The translations under genes were made by a program, and so were the position numbers. The notes below the pieces were generated by a model that worked only from the letters and a program-made list of their open reading frames with translations, was not told the origin of the DNA and searched no databases. This document shows, piece after piece, positions 24,457 through 36,983 of a stretch of DNA of 37,044 bases. This stretch comes from Octopus bimaculoides (Eukaryota): contig NC_068988.1 of NCBI RefSeq assembly GCF_001194135.2, forward strand, positions 11,001,837 through 11,038,880, in the 5' to 3' direction. Within the stretch, counting starts at the first letter, position 1. Each line of letters begins with the position of its first letter.

Positions 24457-25951
24457 TGCATATATGTGTATGCATTTATATATATANNNNNNNNNNNNNN
24501 NNNNNNNNNNNNNNNNNNNNNNNNNNNNNNNNNNNNNNNNNNNNNNNNNNNNNNNNNNNNNNNNNNNNNNNNNNNNNNNNNNNNNNNNNNNNNNNNNNNN
24601 NNNNNNNNNNNNNNNNNNNNNNNNNNNNNNNNNNNNNNNNNNNNNNNNNNNNNNNNNNNNNNNNNNNNNNNNNNNNNNNNNNNNNNNNNNNNNNNNNNNN
24701 NNNNNNNNNNNNNNNNNNNNNNNNNNNNNNNNNNNNNNNNNNNNNNNNNNNNNNNNNNNNNNNNNNNNNNNNNNNNNNNNNNNNNNNNNNNNNNNNNNNN
24801 NNNNNNNNNNNNNNNNNNNNNNNNNNNNNNNNNNNNNNNNNNNNNNNNNNNNNNNNNNNNNNNNNNNNNNNNNNNNNNNNNNNNNNNNNNNNNNNNNNNN
24901 NNNNNNNNNNNNNNNNNNNNNNNNNNNNNNNNNNNNNNNNNNNNNNNNNNNNNNNNNNNNNNNNNNNNNNNNNNNNNNNNNNNNNNNNNNNNNNNNNNNN
25001 NNNNNNNNNNNNNNNNNNNNNNNNNNNNNNNNNNNNNNNNNNNNNNNNNNNNNNNNNNNNNNNNNNNNNNNNNNNATATATATGTATATATATGTATATA
25101 TATGTACATATATGTATGCATATATGCATATGTAAGTATATAAATATATAATATGTGTGTGTTGCCAGGCAATGCGTTTTTTTTTATATCAATTCTAGGA
25201 AGTTAAAGTCATTTTCTTTCGTCATTATTGATATCCTGATAACGCAGCCCGGTAGCAATTTCCCGGCCATGACTGACTGTAGCCCTGTTGTTTTTTTATT
25301 CCACTTAATCTACTGTGTGCCGTTGTTTTGCCATGCATTTTAGTGCGATATTTTCACCTAGATTCATCCGATATCTGATTATATCTCAGCACACGTTCTT
25401 ACTATTGGTTTCAAATAACTTATACTCATGAAAACTGCGAACTCGATTTTCAATCATCTTATTCGAAATAACTTTGATAAATTGAGTTGTTTAGTCGTTC
25501 GCTGAATTCCAGGTTTCTTTTGCGATCAATATATTACGTTTTTGCTGAGTAAGAATAGATCTTTCTTCTCTCGTATCAATTTCTGATAATATATTTTATC
25601 CCTCCTTTATAACGTAGGTCATTTCCATTCTGTTAGGTTCGAATCATAGTTTGTCGATATTTCCATGATTACTGAAAAAAATTCTCATTTATATTCTTCA
25701 TGTTCAAATCTGCATCTATGCAAAGAACATGCTAGAATTCCGTATTTAGCTCTCCTCAGATATACTGCCATAGTGTTTACAATATTTTCGAAAGAAGTGA
25801 TGAATGCTTATATATTGATTTAACTGCTATTTCTGGAGAACCTTGCCCTTTGCTTCAAATAATTATTTAGATTTAGTTGTTATGTCTACTGATTATATTC
25901 TTTTATTTCTTTTATATATTCCTAGGGCAATTCAGAATAGTTGCAGTTATT

Positions 25952-26064
25952 GTCAACCGAGGCTATAGCAGAAGACAACTGCGCAAGACGTCACACAGTG
26001 GGGCTGTACCCGGAACAGTGTGGTCGGGAAGCAAGATTCTTACTACACATCCACGCCTTCGCCT
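25952..26064 (-). mobile_element. tRNA-derived SINE, family A head fragment
   Basis: CCGAGGCTATAGCAGAAGACAACTGCGCAAG...CAGTGGGGCTGTACCCGGAAC...GGAAGCAAGATTCTTACTACAC, homologous to 3840-3960. Confidence 0.8.
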
Positions 26065-26074
26065 AATGTACAAC

Positions 26075-26285
26075 ATTGTTTAAGACATCGAATGTAATTT
26101 GAGAGGAATTTGGTGGACGTTTTACTGACTTTCATTTTAATTAGAACCTAACACCTTGAAACATGAAGATCACATCGTTTCATGTAGATCCTGAATGCCC
26201 GAGAGAAAGAGAGACATTAACCGAAATGCTTTTCATTATTAGAAGTCTGCTCTGTTGGAGCTGACCTGCTGCTAAACATCAACAT
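26075..26285. mobile_element. Possible old retroposon remnant ending in GGAGCTGACCTG..GCTAAACATCAACA
   Basis: Resembles a recalled octopus repeat tail. There is no clear second copy in the window to confirm it. Confidence 0.3.
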
Positions 26286-27306
26286 TCATACTAAAATTTC
26301 CTACAAGAGAATAATGCAGTATATCCATGTAGTTCGATGATATTTTACTTGTGACAAACTTTTGCGTCAAGGAAGCGCCAAGAGATATGTAAAATGCTGC
26401 AAAATTCATTTAGTCAACTGAATTTAGATATATCGTTTTTAGTTTCGCTTCACTCAATTTTGCTTCGAAACTTTGCAGTATTCCTCGTCAGGCGTTAACA
26501 GAATATATCATTGTTTTACATATTCAATGCTGATTCAACTAACGTAATATTATGCCAACAGAGGATATAAATAATGTTCAGAATACGCTCATCTGACATC
26601 CATAAAAATCTCATACGACCTCACATATTTTCAGAAACAAGATTTCTAGTGGAACAGCTGAAATATAATACAGCAGAATCGGATCAGGGATATTGGTTTC
26701 TTATCGAATTATCGGCAGGTCCAGCATTTATATGACAGATACAAACGTTATAAAATGTCTTCAACCGAGAATCAACATCATGTTTCATGTATATATCATT
26801 GATATAGCAAGAAATGTATCTTTATGTGACTGTCAAAAGACATATCACGAACAAAGCTTCGTCGATAAGAAGTTCGCATTTCTATCTCCAGTGACAAGGA
26901 TTGATCCGGTCAATGTTGCACACTGGGTTGTGGTTTCGAATTCTATCATTGCATTCAGTACAAAAAAGGTGTCTGTGTCTGTGATAGAGAGGGGGAGAGA
27001 GAGGGGGAGAGGAAGAGACAGAGAGAAAGGTAGTGGCAGTGAGAGAGACAGAGTGTGTGTATGCTGTGTTTGTGTTTGTGTATTCACGCAACGTAGGCTT
27101 ATATTTGTATGCATGTATGTATGTATGCATGTATGTATGCATGTATATATNNNNNNNNNNNNNNNNNNNNNNNNNNNNNNNNNNNNNNNNNNNNNNNNNN
27201 NNNNNNNNNNNNNNNNNNNNNNNNNNATATATATATATATATATATATATACTCACATACACGTACTCTAATGTGATACCACATGTTGTGGCTATTCGTT
27301 CTTTCT

Positions 27307-27342
27307 TATACATACATACATACATACATACATACATACATA
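27307..27342. repeat. (TACA)n microsatellite
   Basis: Read directly. Confidence 0.93.
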
Positions 27343-28539
27343 CGTAGTGGTTATGCATGCATGTACGTATACATTCAAACAAGACATCAGCTACAATTGT
27401 ATTATTTAAGTTATTCGTTATTATTTTAGATTTGAACAACAATTATTTCCAATATGTATATAAATTCATTGATGAATTTGCCACCATAATGATTTCTAGC
27501 AATTTTTAATATGACAAGGATGTATATTTGTGGTATGGTTTTGAGTGTACGTAAAATATGAGTCGATATGCATTAATTTCAATTATTTCATTTCCAAAAT
27601 TGATTAAATTTCTTGTAAGCTTACCTAAAGGCACAGATATTCACATCTATATAATATGCATACGTTGAGGCATATGTACATAATTCACGTGTGTATGTAT
27701 CAGTTATCAAATATATTCTCGTGTATATGTATATGTGTGTGTGTATGTCTGTGCATGTGTGTGCGTGTGTGTGTGTGCGTATCTGTGTGCGTATATAAAA
27801 GCGTATATAGACATGCACGAATTCAGAGGGTTACCTATGTGGGTGAAATTATAGGAACGGACAGCTATACAAATCCACTGATACATAGATAGAATGACAG
27901 ATAGGAAGAGAAAGAGAGAAAGAGAGACAGAGACATAATTTGTTCATGCATGAATATTTTCTAAATAATATGAATAATTAAAGATAATATCGTTCATTTA
28001 TTTGACAAGATTTAAAAATTACATTTAAATCCTATTTGCAGTCATGTAAACGTCCAAATTCTCGTGTACATTTTCATTATCTGTTTGGTTATTTCAATTT
28101 TGTCTTTTAATGAAATATTTTTGTATTTTACTTAAATATTTTTAATTATAATATGAATAGAAGTGTAATTGTGAGTGTCAGCATTTTAGTTTAATTTCAA
28201 ATTCCTTTTATGTATACAATGTAAACAAAGGAAATGGAAAAAAAAAGTTATTAATTTGAAATAAAATCAATAACATGTTATTCTCTGTGATTGTTTTTTT
28301 TAAATCTTCAATATCTTGTTTTTATCTACTGTTTGACTTCACTTACCTGACTTTGAATAATTATTAATATTTTAAATAAATGAAATGCTGGAATTAAATG
28401 CGCGTTTGCGATCAACATTTTTCTTAATAATTTTACTAGCCATAACGGTTCTTTTATGTTTGTTACTAGAATTGCAGATATGTATGGTAGCCGGCACACA
28501 ATTAAATAAAAATGGAGAAAGCTGCAACAATTGCATCCG

Positions 28540-28576
28540 GTTGATACTGAATTTTAGTTGATACTGAATTTTAGTT
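28540..28576. repeat. Perfect 17-bp tandem duplication GTTGATACTGAATTTTA x2 plus GTT
   Basis: Read directly. Confidence 0.95.
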
Positions 28577-29648
28577 CTTCAAGATCCCATTCGGTAATCT
28601 AATAAGTTTCGTTTCAGAATAGACATGCACGCAACCAAATAAACAGCAGTACCTAACCAGTTGAAACTCTCAAACCTACTTCTTAATTCTTCCTTGTATA
28701 ACATGTGTAAAAACTGACTCTTCATAAAAATACATAGATGCATATATATATATATATATATATANNNNNNNNNNNNNNNNNNNNNNNNNNNNNNNNNNNN
28801 NNNNNNNNNNNNNNNNNNNNNNNNNNNNNNNNNNNNNNNNNNNNNNNNNNNNNNNNNNNNNNNNNNNNNNNNNNNNNNNNNNNNNNNNNNNNNNNNNNNN
28901 NNNNNNNNNNNNNNNNNNNNNNNNNNNNNNNNNNNNNNNATATACTTTCTAAACATACTGGCATGAATTGAAATGTGACAGCGGAATCTTCTACTTTCGT
29001 TTTCTGGTATCGAATCAACTTTCCTGTAAATTATATGCTTCCAATGTTAAAAATTTGAAGTTATATTTGCTTTCGTAAAATCCACATACTCAATAATTCA
29101 ATGTTTTTAAAGAGAACTGATGCTGCCTCGTTCCAAGCTTAAACGTTCGAATTGAATACTTCCTATAATAAAGAGTTGGCTACACACAGATATCAACAAA
29201 AGGTGTTACTCTTTCAGTCTCACCCGGTGTGATGCTTTGTCCACTGATTTTTCTCTTTGCTTAATAAATACTGGAGAACTACAAGTTTACTATGCGAGTC
29301 ATCACATGTTTTCTTTATTTTTCGTGGTATGCTCAACGCTGCCAATCCACTTGTTAGCGCAATAAAATTGAATTGATACCCTCGCAGCCTCTGCTTCTCT
29401 GGTACATATCATAATAGGAGCCATTAATATATCCTATGCATTAGTTAGACTCAGCTTAAGGTTTCAAAAATAAAACGATTTTATGGGATTGTCACATTAT
29501 TCACCAATTAGTTTACTGCTGATGATATAACTCAACAAGTCATCAAAATATATTTGGTAGAATGTGCATTGCTGTTTTTAGCATACAATATCTCTAATAG
29601 CTCTAGTTTTAATTTCTTAAGTATTTCTTCCCTGTACAATACTGTATC

Positions 29649-30340
29649 AATATTCATGGTGTCGATGACAGAATAATTAACAGGCCGAGCAAAATTTTTA
29701 GCGGCATTTCGTCCGTCTATGCGTTCTCAGTTCAAATTCCGCTGAGGTTGGTTTTGCCTTTCATCGTCTCTTGGTCGATAATATAAGTACCAGTAGGGTA
29801 CAGGGGTCGATCTAATCGACTTATCCCCCTTCCTCGATGTTGCTGGTTTGGTGCCAAAACTTGAAACCACTATCCATGCTGTCCACGTCGGTGAGGTTAC
29901 AGAAACGTTAGAACGCCGAACACAATGTTTAGTTGTATTTTATTCGTTTGAATTTTGTGAGCTCAAATTCGGCCGAAATAGTTTTTGCTTTTCATTTTTT
30001 CGGTGTTGATAAAATAAGTACTAGTTGTGAGTTGGTGTCGATGTAATTGACTTACATTCCCACAAGAAAACTTACTGGCATTGTGTTAAAATTTGAAACC
30101 AATATTCATGCTATCTAAGGCGGCGAGCTGGTAGAATACTTAGCACGCCGGGTAAAATGCCAATCATTTCGTCAGTCTGTATCTTTAGATTTCAAATTCC
30201 GCCAAGGTCGGATTAGCCTTTCATCCTTTCGAAATCGATAAAATAAATACCAATTGATTACTGAGGTCGATGTAATTGACATGTCACCCACAATTGCTGG
30301 CCTCCTGCCAAAATTTGAAATCAATATTAATACTATCAAG
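29649..30340 (+). mobile_element. Tandem array of three family B SINE units (periods 220, 232 and 222 bp)
   Basis: Each unit carries TCAAATTC(C/G)G, GTCGATNTAAT(C/T)GAC and CAAAA(C/T)TTGAAA-type blocks. A linker AATATTCATG(G/C)T(G/A)TC-like motif occurs at 29649, 29869, 30101 and 30323. Confidence 0.88.
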
Positions 30341-30609
30341 CATTAAATACTACAGCTCCTTTCTTATTCCAGATCCCTCCGCAGCAGTGTGAAAAGGTTT
30401 GTCATAAGTAATTCATCTGCTTCAAGTCTAAGGGAGCAAGTGAAGATAAACAGAGAAACAATTCACACATAATGTTTTGTATATAATTATATATCGAAAA
30501 TGGCATCTGCAGATTTAAAATGCACAGAATATTTAACAATTGCATTTGTATATATGCAAGTGTCAAAGCTTTCAATGTGTGTATACAGAAGCAGACCGCA
30601 CATTCGCAA

Positions 30610-30723
<114 letters not shown>

Positions 30724-32137
30724 NNNNNNNNNNNNNNNNNNNNNNNNNNNNNNNNNNNNNNNNNNNNNNNNNNNNNNNNNNNNNNNNNNNNNNNNNNNNN
30801 NNNNNNNNNNNNNNNNNNNNNNNNNNNNNNNNNNNNNNNNNNNNNNNNNNNNNNNNNNNNNNNNNNNNNNNNNNNNNNNNNNNNNNNNNNNNNNNNNNNN
30901 NNNNNNNNNNNNNNNNNNNNNNNNNNNNNNNNNNNNNNNNNNNNNNNNNNNNNNNNNNNNNNNNNNNNNNNNNNNNNNNNNNNNNNNNNNNNNNNNNNNN
31001 NNNNNNNNNNNNNNNNNNNNNNNNNNNNNNNNNNNNNNNNNNNNNNNNNNNNNNNNNNNNNNNNNNNNNNNNNNNNNNNNNNNNNNNNNNNNNNNNNNNN
31101 NNNNNNNNNNNNNNNNNNNNNNNNNNNNNNNNNNNNNNNNNNNNNNNNNNNNNNNNNNNNNNNNNNNNNNNNNNNNNNNNNNNNNNNNNNNNNNNNNNNN
31201 NNNNNNNNNNNNNNNNNNNNNNNNNNNNNNNNNNNNNNNNNNNNNNNNNNNNNNNNNNNNNNNNNNNNNNNNNNNNNNNNNNNNNNNNNNNNNNNNNNNN
31301 NNNNNNNNNNNNNNNNNNNNNNNNNNNNNNNNNNNNNNNNNNNNNNNNNNNNNNNNNNNNNNNNNNNNNNNNNNNNNNNNNNNNNNNNNNNNNNNNNNNN
31401 NNNNNNNNNNNNNNNNNNNNNNNNNNNNNNNNNNNNNNNNNNNNNNNNNNNNNNNNNNNNNNNNNNNNNNNNNNNNNNNNNNNNNNNNNNNNNNNNNNNN
31501 NNNNNNNNNNNNNNNNNNNNNNNNNNNNNNNNNNNNNNNNNNNNNNNNNNNNNNNNNNNNNNNNNNNNNNNNNNNNNNNNNNNNNNNNNNNNNNNNNNTA
31601 TATATATATATATATTCGGAACTCCTACTTCATAATATAACGATTATACATATATATAAAAATATATATGTTTATATATATATATACATATACATGATTG
31701 CGTGTTTATGTGTCGTTGTGCGGTTGTGTGTATATTTTTGCTAACTTATGATCTGTTTCTGAGTGGGGTGTTAATGTTTGCGCCATGACAATTACTTACT
31801 GGGCCATAGAGCTTTTATTCCTTGTGTACAATACACTGTATATATTTACATATCGACGATAATGTCTCTGAGATCTGCATAGAAAACTTATGTCGTCATT
31901 AAATCCAAAATGTCATATCAACCTTTTCAATTGATATGCATTTACGCATCCCATCCCCTCGCTCCAGTGCTAATATAATATAAAATATTGTCGCTGGATC
32001 CCAAAGTAAATCCAAGTGTTTAAAATACATATAATTTTCTTCACCCTCACTAAGTGTTCTCAGAGAATCGCATTGATGATCCTAGTGAAAAATCAGTTTG
32101 CTGCTTGGAAAGACAAACGTTTCTGTATTCTTTTCAG

Positions 32138-32247
32138 GGTACGATTTTATTATTCTGAGCAATGTTTCGAGACACATTCACATGCATTATATTCCCGTTT
32201 GGTTATTCAGCTATAATTCAAAATGGCTTACCTTGACATTACGCCTC
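32138..32247 (+). CDS. Weak candidate 110-nt exon (YDFIILSNVSRHIHMHYIPVWLFSYNSKWLTLTLRL)
   Basis: Strong acceptor tttctgtattcttttcag|GG, open frame, weaker donor CTC|gtatag. Confidence 0.2.
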
Positions 32248-32374
32248 GTATAGCACAATCTCTTCTCAGCCTAATACGTTATTGTCTACAGGAATACAGT
32301 CGAAAGACAGAAGCGTAGGAAACTAAAGACACACATATACACAACATAGAAGCACACACATATATTCAGTAAGA

Positions 32375-32409
<35 letters not shown>

Positions 32410-33058
32410 GTACATTCATGTAAACACACATGCATATATATATATATATTATATAAGTCTCTCTCTCTCTCTATATATATATGTGTGTGTGCGTGTGTGT
32501 GTGTGTGTGTGGGTGTGTCTGTGCGTGTGTGTGTGAGTATCTCTGTGTGTATTTACAGAAATATTTATACATGCACCCATCTCTAAATGTATACAAGCAT
32601 AAAAACGCACACGTATTTCTGAATATTGTGCGGCATTTAGCATAGTTCTTCTCTTCAAATCGAAAATTTCCTAAAGAGATATTTATTTCAGTTACGCAAT
32701 TTTCTCGCAGTAACGCAAATCACCAAATGATGTGATGCATTCTGGTTTTATTGTACGTACCAAATTCTAATATCTGGGCTTACTTTCGGTAAGCTTCTCT
32801 AAGTGAATGATATGCACGGACTATCTTTGTGGAACAAGGTTGCTCAGATAGCAAGTGTTTATCTCTAGAAATGTAAACGGCTCGCGGCCCGTAGTGAAAA
32901 ATTTAATTTGCAATATTTTCTAATTAAAATATTCTTTTTCAGAGAATATCGTTCCTATTGATAATAATTCATTTTCAGTGGGTTCTTAAAGTCACTCTAT
33001 TTTCGTACTTTTCACACGAAATTCATTAGCTAATATTTCATTCCTTCCTAATTTTTTT

Positions 33059-33270
33059 TAGGGCTGCGACCTGCCAGAATTGTTAGTACGCCAGGCAAAT
33101 TGCTTAACGGGCTTTGATACGTTTTTATGCCCTGCATTCAAATTCCGTCGGGGTCCATCTTGGAACTTTCATTCTCCCGAGTTCAATAAAATTAGTACTG
33201 GGGTTGATGTAATCGACTTACTTCTTTCTCTGAAGCTGCTGGCCTTATGCCAAAATTTGAAATCAATATT
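33059..33270 (+). mobile_element. tRNA-derived SINE, family B, diverged
   Basis: Contains CTGCCAGAATTGTTAGTACGCC, TTCAAATTCCG, GGGGTTGATGTAATCGACTTA and GCTGGCCTTATGCCAAAATTTGAAATCAATATT. Confidence 0.88.
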
Positions 33271-34281
33271 AATTAAAATATTTCTTTTCTTTTTAGAGAA
33301 TATCGCTCCCAATCCATCGGAGCCATTTGCAATGGCTGCTCAAAATTACGTAACTTTTGTAGTCTCTACGGAAAATTCATTAGCCAATAGTTCATTTATA
33401 GATAGATAGATAGATAGAGAGATGAATATATATATTCTGCAGCTGACGCTCCTGCTATCTAACCCTCATTGCACGTAATTTGTTTCACTCATCATATCAC
33501 CTATAAAAACACTAAAATTATCACCTGATACAAACGCTGGCCTGTTGTATCAATAATCCGTCAGTTTCGAACACTAAATGACGCTTTCGAAGTTTTAATT
33601 AAAATTAGAATTTTATATGCAATCTCATTGCGTCTGAGTAATGTATACAGATTTATTGTCAATGGAAAGCTCACTAGACACATTCATTTTCTCTATACGT
33701 CATTAGTAATTATTTAAACTCTCAATACTTTAAACTATTGTAAATTTCTACTAATTACCAACTTATAAGTTGATGTTTCGCATTGCCCTGTTGGAGTCAT
33801 TTCCATATCTTATCATTATATTTTCAATGCATTATGTAATAAAGTTTCATAACAATAAATTTTGAGTACAATAAGCAAGACTGTTGCAGGTGTTAAAATC
33901 TGGTGAAGTTAAAAGAAAAAACAAAAAGAGATTGACATTCTGTTTCTGGCAAAATAAATTGGTTTCTTAGATTAAAATACTTGTCTAGTCAAAAGAGAAG
34001 TGTGACTTATAATTTCCATACACTTTTGATAAAATCGGTGAACACGGCTTTATCATAATTTAAGAAAATTCGAAATTAAGATGTATTGCAAAGGAGTTGA
34101 ATGAAAATCTCAGAATAGCAAATTGTACTTTCGCGCTCCGTAATATTTTTTTATGATTCATAATATTTCCGATTCTAGACGTATCGACGAAAGAATTTCT
34201 CAAAATCTCTGTAATATAAGTAAGTAATTGTATCTCATGAATATTACTGACTGCAGTCATGAGGCTCACAGAGCTGGTTAC

Positions 34282-34405
34282 CTGTTTTCCGTGGAATGTA
34301 CGAGAGCTTGCAGAAAAATTTCTGGCATTAAGGATATGGCGAAAGATTTCGTTGGATGCCCATATTCCGTGTACTTTTGCAGGGCTTAGAAAAACTGACG
34401 TCTTG
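34282..34405 (-). CDS. Candidate 124-nt internal exon (KTSVFLSPAKVHGIWASNEIFRHILNARNFSASSRTFHGKQ)
   Basis: Good acceptor aatgtttcactctctcattgcag|C and donor AAACAG|gtaacc. It lies inside the longest repeat-free ORF of the window (34060-34479, 139 aa), and only one of its three frames is open. Confidence 0.3.
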
Positions 34406-34489
34406 CTGCAATGAGAGAGTGAAACATTATAATAAACTGACCCCCTTGCGGTTTCTGTTACATAAAAAGTCAGGATCATTTTAATACAC

Positions 34490-34680
34490 CCTCGTAAGTG
34501 ACTGTGATCACACCATCCGCCATAAAAGGGTAGCAGTTTGTCCCAGTTCTGTCATACAGAGGTAAATGGACCGGAGCAATTGAAGTGCTTCTGCTCAAGA
34601 AGACAATTCTACACTCAGATCCGGAATCGAAACCAAGATCTTTCATTTGGAGATCCAACAAACTGACCACGAGGCCATGC
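34490..34680 (-). mobile_element. tRNA-derived SINE remnant related to family C
   Basis: The minus strand starts with a decayed tRNA-like head (TGGCCTCGTGGTCAG...GGTTTCGATTCCGG) followed by CTTGAGCAGAAGCACTTCAATTGCTCC. Confidence 0.6.
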
Positions 34681-34789
34681 ATAAATATTTCTGTCGTTAA
34701 ATAACTGGTGGCATTTGTAATTTTCTGTGCGAAACGTTCTTTGTTTTCCATGCAGACATCAGTTATTTACGAGGCTCCTTTCGCCTGTA

Positions 34790-35150
34790 TATCGTTTCAC
34801 GTTCAGTGCCACGGTAAAATAGTTTGTACAATTGTGTGTTACTATAGCCCTAAGGAAAGCAGCTATTCATGAGTGAATTTGGTGGATGGAAACTACGTGG
34901 AAGCCTGTCGTGTGCATTTATATATGTATGTGAGTGTATGCTCTTACATATATGTGTGTGTGTGTGTGCGTGTCTTAGTGCTTATCTTCCTTCTATTGCT
35001 TGACAATCTGTGTTTACTCGCAACTTAGTGGTTCAGCTAAAGCATTCGATAAAATAGGTACCAGACTTAAAAATAAGAATTAGGGTCGGTGTGTTCGACT
35101 AAATACCTTTTCCAGCATGTACGCTTTCCAATGACTAAAACTAGTAAAAC
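34790..35150 (+). mobile_element. tRNA-derived SINE, family A, long diverged copy with internal (TA/TG)n and the shared 3' tail
   Basis: ACTATAGCCC...TGAGTGAATTTGGTGGATGGAAACT...GAAGCCTGTCGT...AACTTAGTGGTTCAGC...TTCGACTAAA...TCCAGCATG...AATGACTAAAACTAGTAAAA. Confidence 0.75.
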
Positions 35151-35419
35151 AACTTGATACGAAATGATAGGAATGGTAAAGGTTTTGCTTTTCAAATAAA
35201 TTTTATATAAAAAGTTGTTGTTAAAGATGTTATATTTTAAAAACTTTTGAAGTATTTTATTACGTTTTGTTACTCCCACTACATTTCTCCTACGAGTGGA
35301 ATCAATGTTGACGTTCAACCCACGAGGGGAAGTTTAAATAAATTATTAATGAAATACTGAAGATAATTTAATCAGCGACCCCCATCGCCAAAATTCGAAA
35401 TTTAGTGTCCATGTTAGTA

Positions 35420-35610
35420 ATCAATGAATGGGCGGTATTTTTATATCCGTTTAACTACTAATTACAGGTCTCGCCGGAGTTGAATTGGATTTTCATCGTT
35501 TCAGGAGTCATTTAATAGCTACCTGTCACATAATGTGGTCAAAGAAATCGACTCTTCCTTGACCCAAACAAAATATATTGCCTTATGCTTACGTAGGAAA
35601 TCAATATTAT
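35420..35610 (+). mobile_element. Highly decayed family B SINE
   Basis: Remnant blocks TTTTCATCGTTTCAGG, GGTCAAAGAAATCGACT and GAAATCAATATT appear in the expected order. Confidence 0.4.
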
Positions 35611-36982
35611 TAATTACTGTAATTATTCCATGATGTGTGTGTGTGTGTATGTATATGTATGTATGTATGTATATGTATATATAGGTATGTTTGTATGTGT
35701 AATTTATTGTTATTGTCGCGCCAGTAAAACTGATCTCATTTACTGATAGACAAAACGGAAACAGCTAAAGAGCTGTTAGATAATTACATATACATCACTA
35801 TTCCATTGACCTAGATATCTGGGAGATAAACTACATTAAATCTATCGCAATAGAATTTCTAATGTCTTCCTTACATCCATTTAATGTGAAAATGGATAAC
35901 ATCGCTTCGTCTCATTGTAATTTTAACGCTCAATTTCTTGATTTCCTTAAGCTCATTCTTCAGCATAATAGGACAATACTCTAGAAAATATTTTGTAACA
36001 AATTACCATTCCTATTGTTTATTGGTATGAACGCTAAAATTGTTCATTGATTCGATGGATGGTTTAAAATTTAGAATGGCTTTCATTGAAATGAACTTCT
36101 CCATGTGTAAAAATATACAGCTGCAATACATAACATAGTCAAGTAATCTATACATCACCCCTACATAAATAACATTTTTCAGGACATCTTCCATGTCTTC
36201 CTCTCCAAACATTAGTAGGTTATAGAATAATTACTTGCAATTTTCCAAAGTTTGCTGGTACGAAATTTATTTTTTCATATCTGAAAAGTTACTAATGGCA
36301 CCATTATTAGTATACTAGTAATTATGTATTTAATTTTTTCATATTTAAACATTGCTCCTATTTCAAGATTAGTTGCCTATATTAATTGACCTCGGCAACG
36401 AAATTTATATAATACTATTTTTAAAGCTAGTCAGACATGAATTGTTATTCAATATTTGGCATATTACTGTATGATTCTTTATTTTATGATCTTCACTATT
36501 ATGTAACCAAAACGACAGACGGTTTAATTTATAGCGATTTGATCAAGAACTTAGATTAGGCAGACTTAATTACTTTTCAGACATGGGCAACAATATTACC
36601 GTCTCTATAATTAACACAAATATTTTTTAACTGCTTCATTAGAGGGGGTTGGACGCGTGTGCGCTCTTTTTCGGGTTATTCCTGTTATGAGGGATCAACA
36701 TTATGATTGTTATTTTCAAACTGCATTTCTGTTACGAATATCTGCAATAGAGTGTGCACCAATAAACGCACGCTAGGTAGAAATATTAATCTTACGTCAT
36801 ACGCCATATAAATCCTGCACTTTTGGGAGCTGAAATTAATCTGGACTTACCATTATGAATACAAGGCGTACTTATTCCATTTCCATTACTTACAGTTAAA
36901 TATTATTATCGCTGATCGTTCATTAATATAAGCTGTAGTTATCGTGATGATTAAAACAACTAGTTTATTAGTTACATACCAC

Positions 36983-36983
<1 letters not shown>

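Noticed and set aside
28579-28720. Protein-like minus frame SQFLHMLYKEELRSRFESFNWLG
   Set aside because: Short, with an acceptor embedded in TA-rich repeat flank and no homology recognised.
29649-30340. Regularly spaced repeats as a CRISPR-like array
   Set aside because: The whole ~225-bp unit is homologous SINE sequence with no unique spacers, the context is eukaryotic and no cas genes are present.
36012-36212. 66-aa minus ORF MFGEEDMEDVLKNV...
   Set aside because: No domain, no consistent splice borders, and a length reachable by chance.
36845-36853. ATG|gtaagt on the minus strand as a start-codon exon
   Set aside because: A lone consensus donor is expected by chance in 37 kb, and its phase does not match the nearest candidate exon at 34405.
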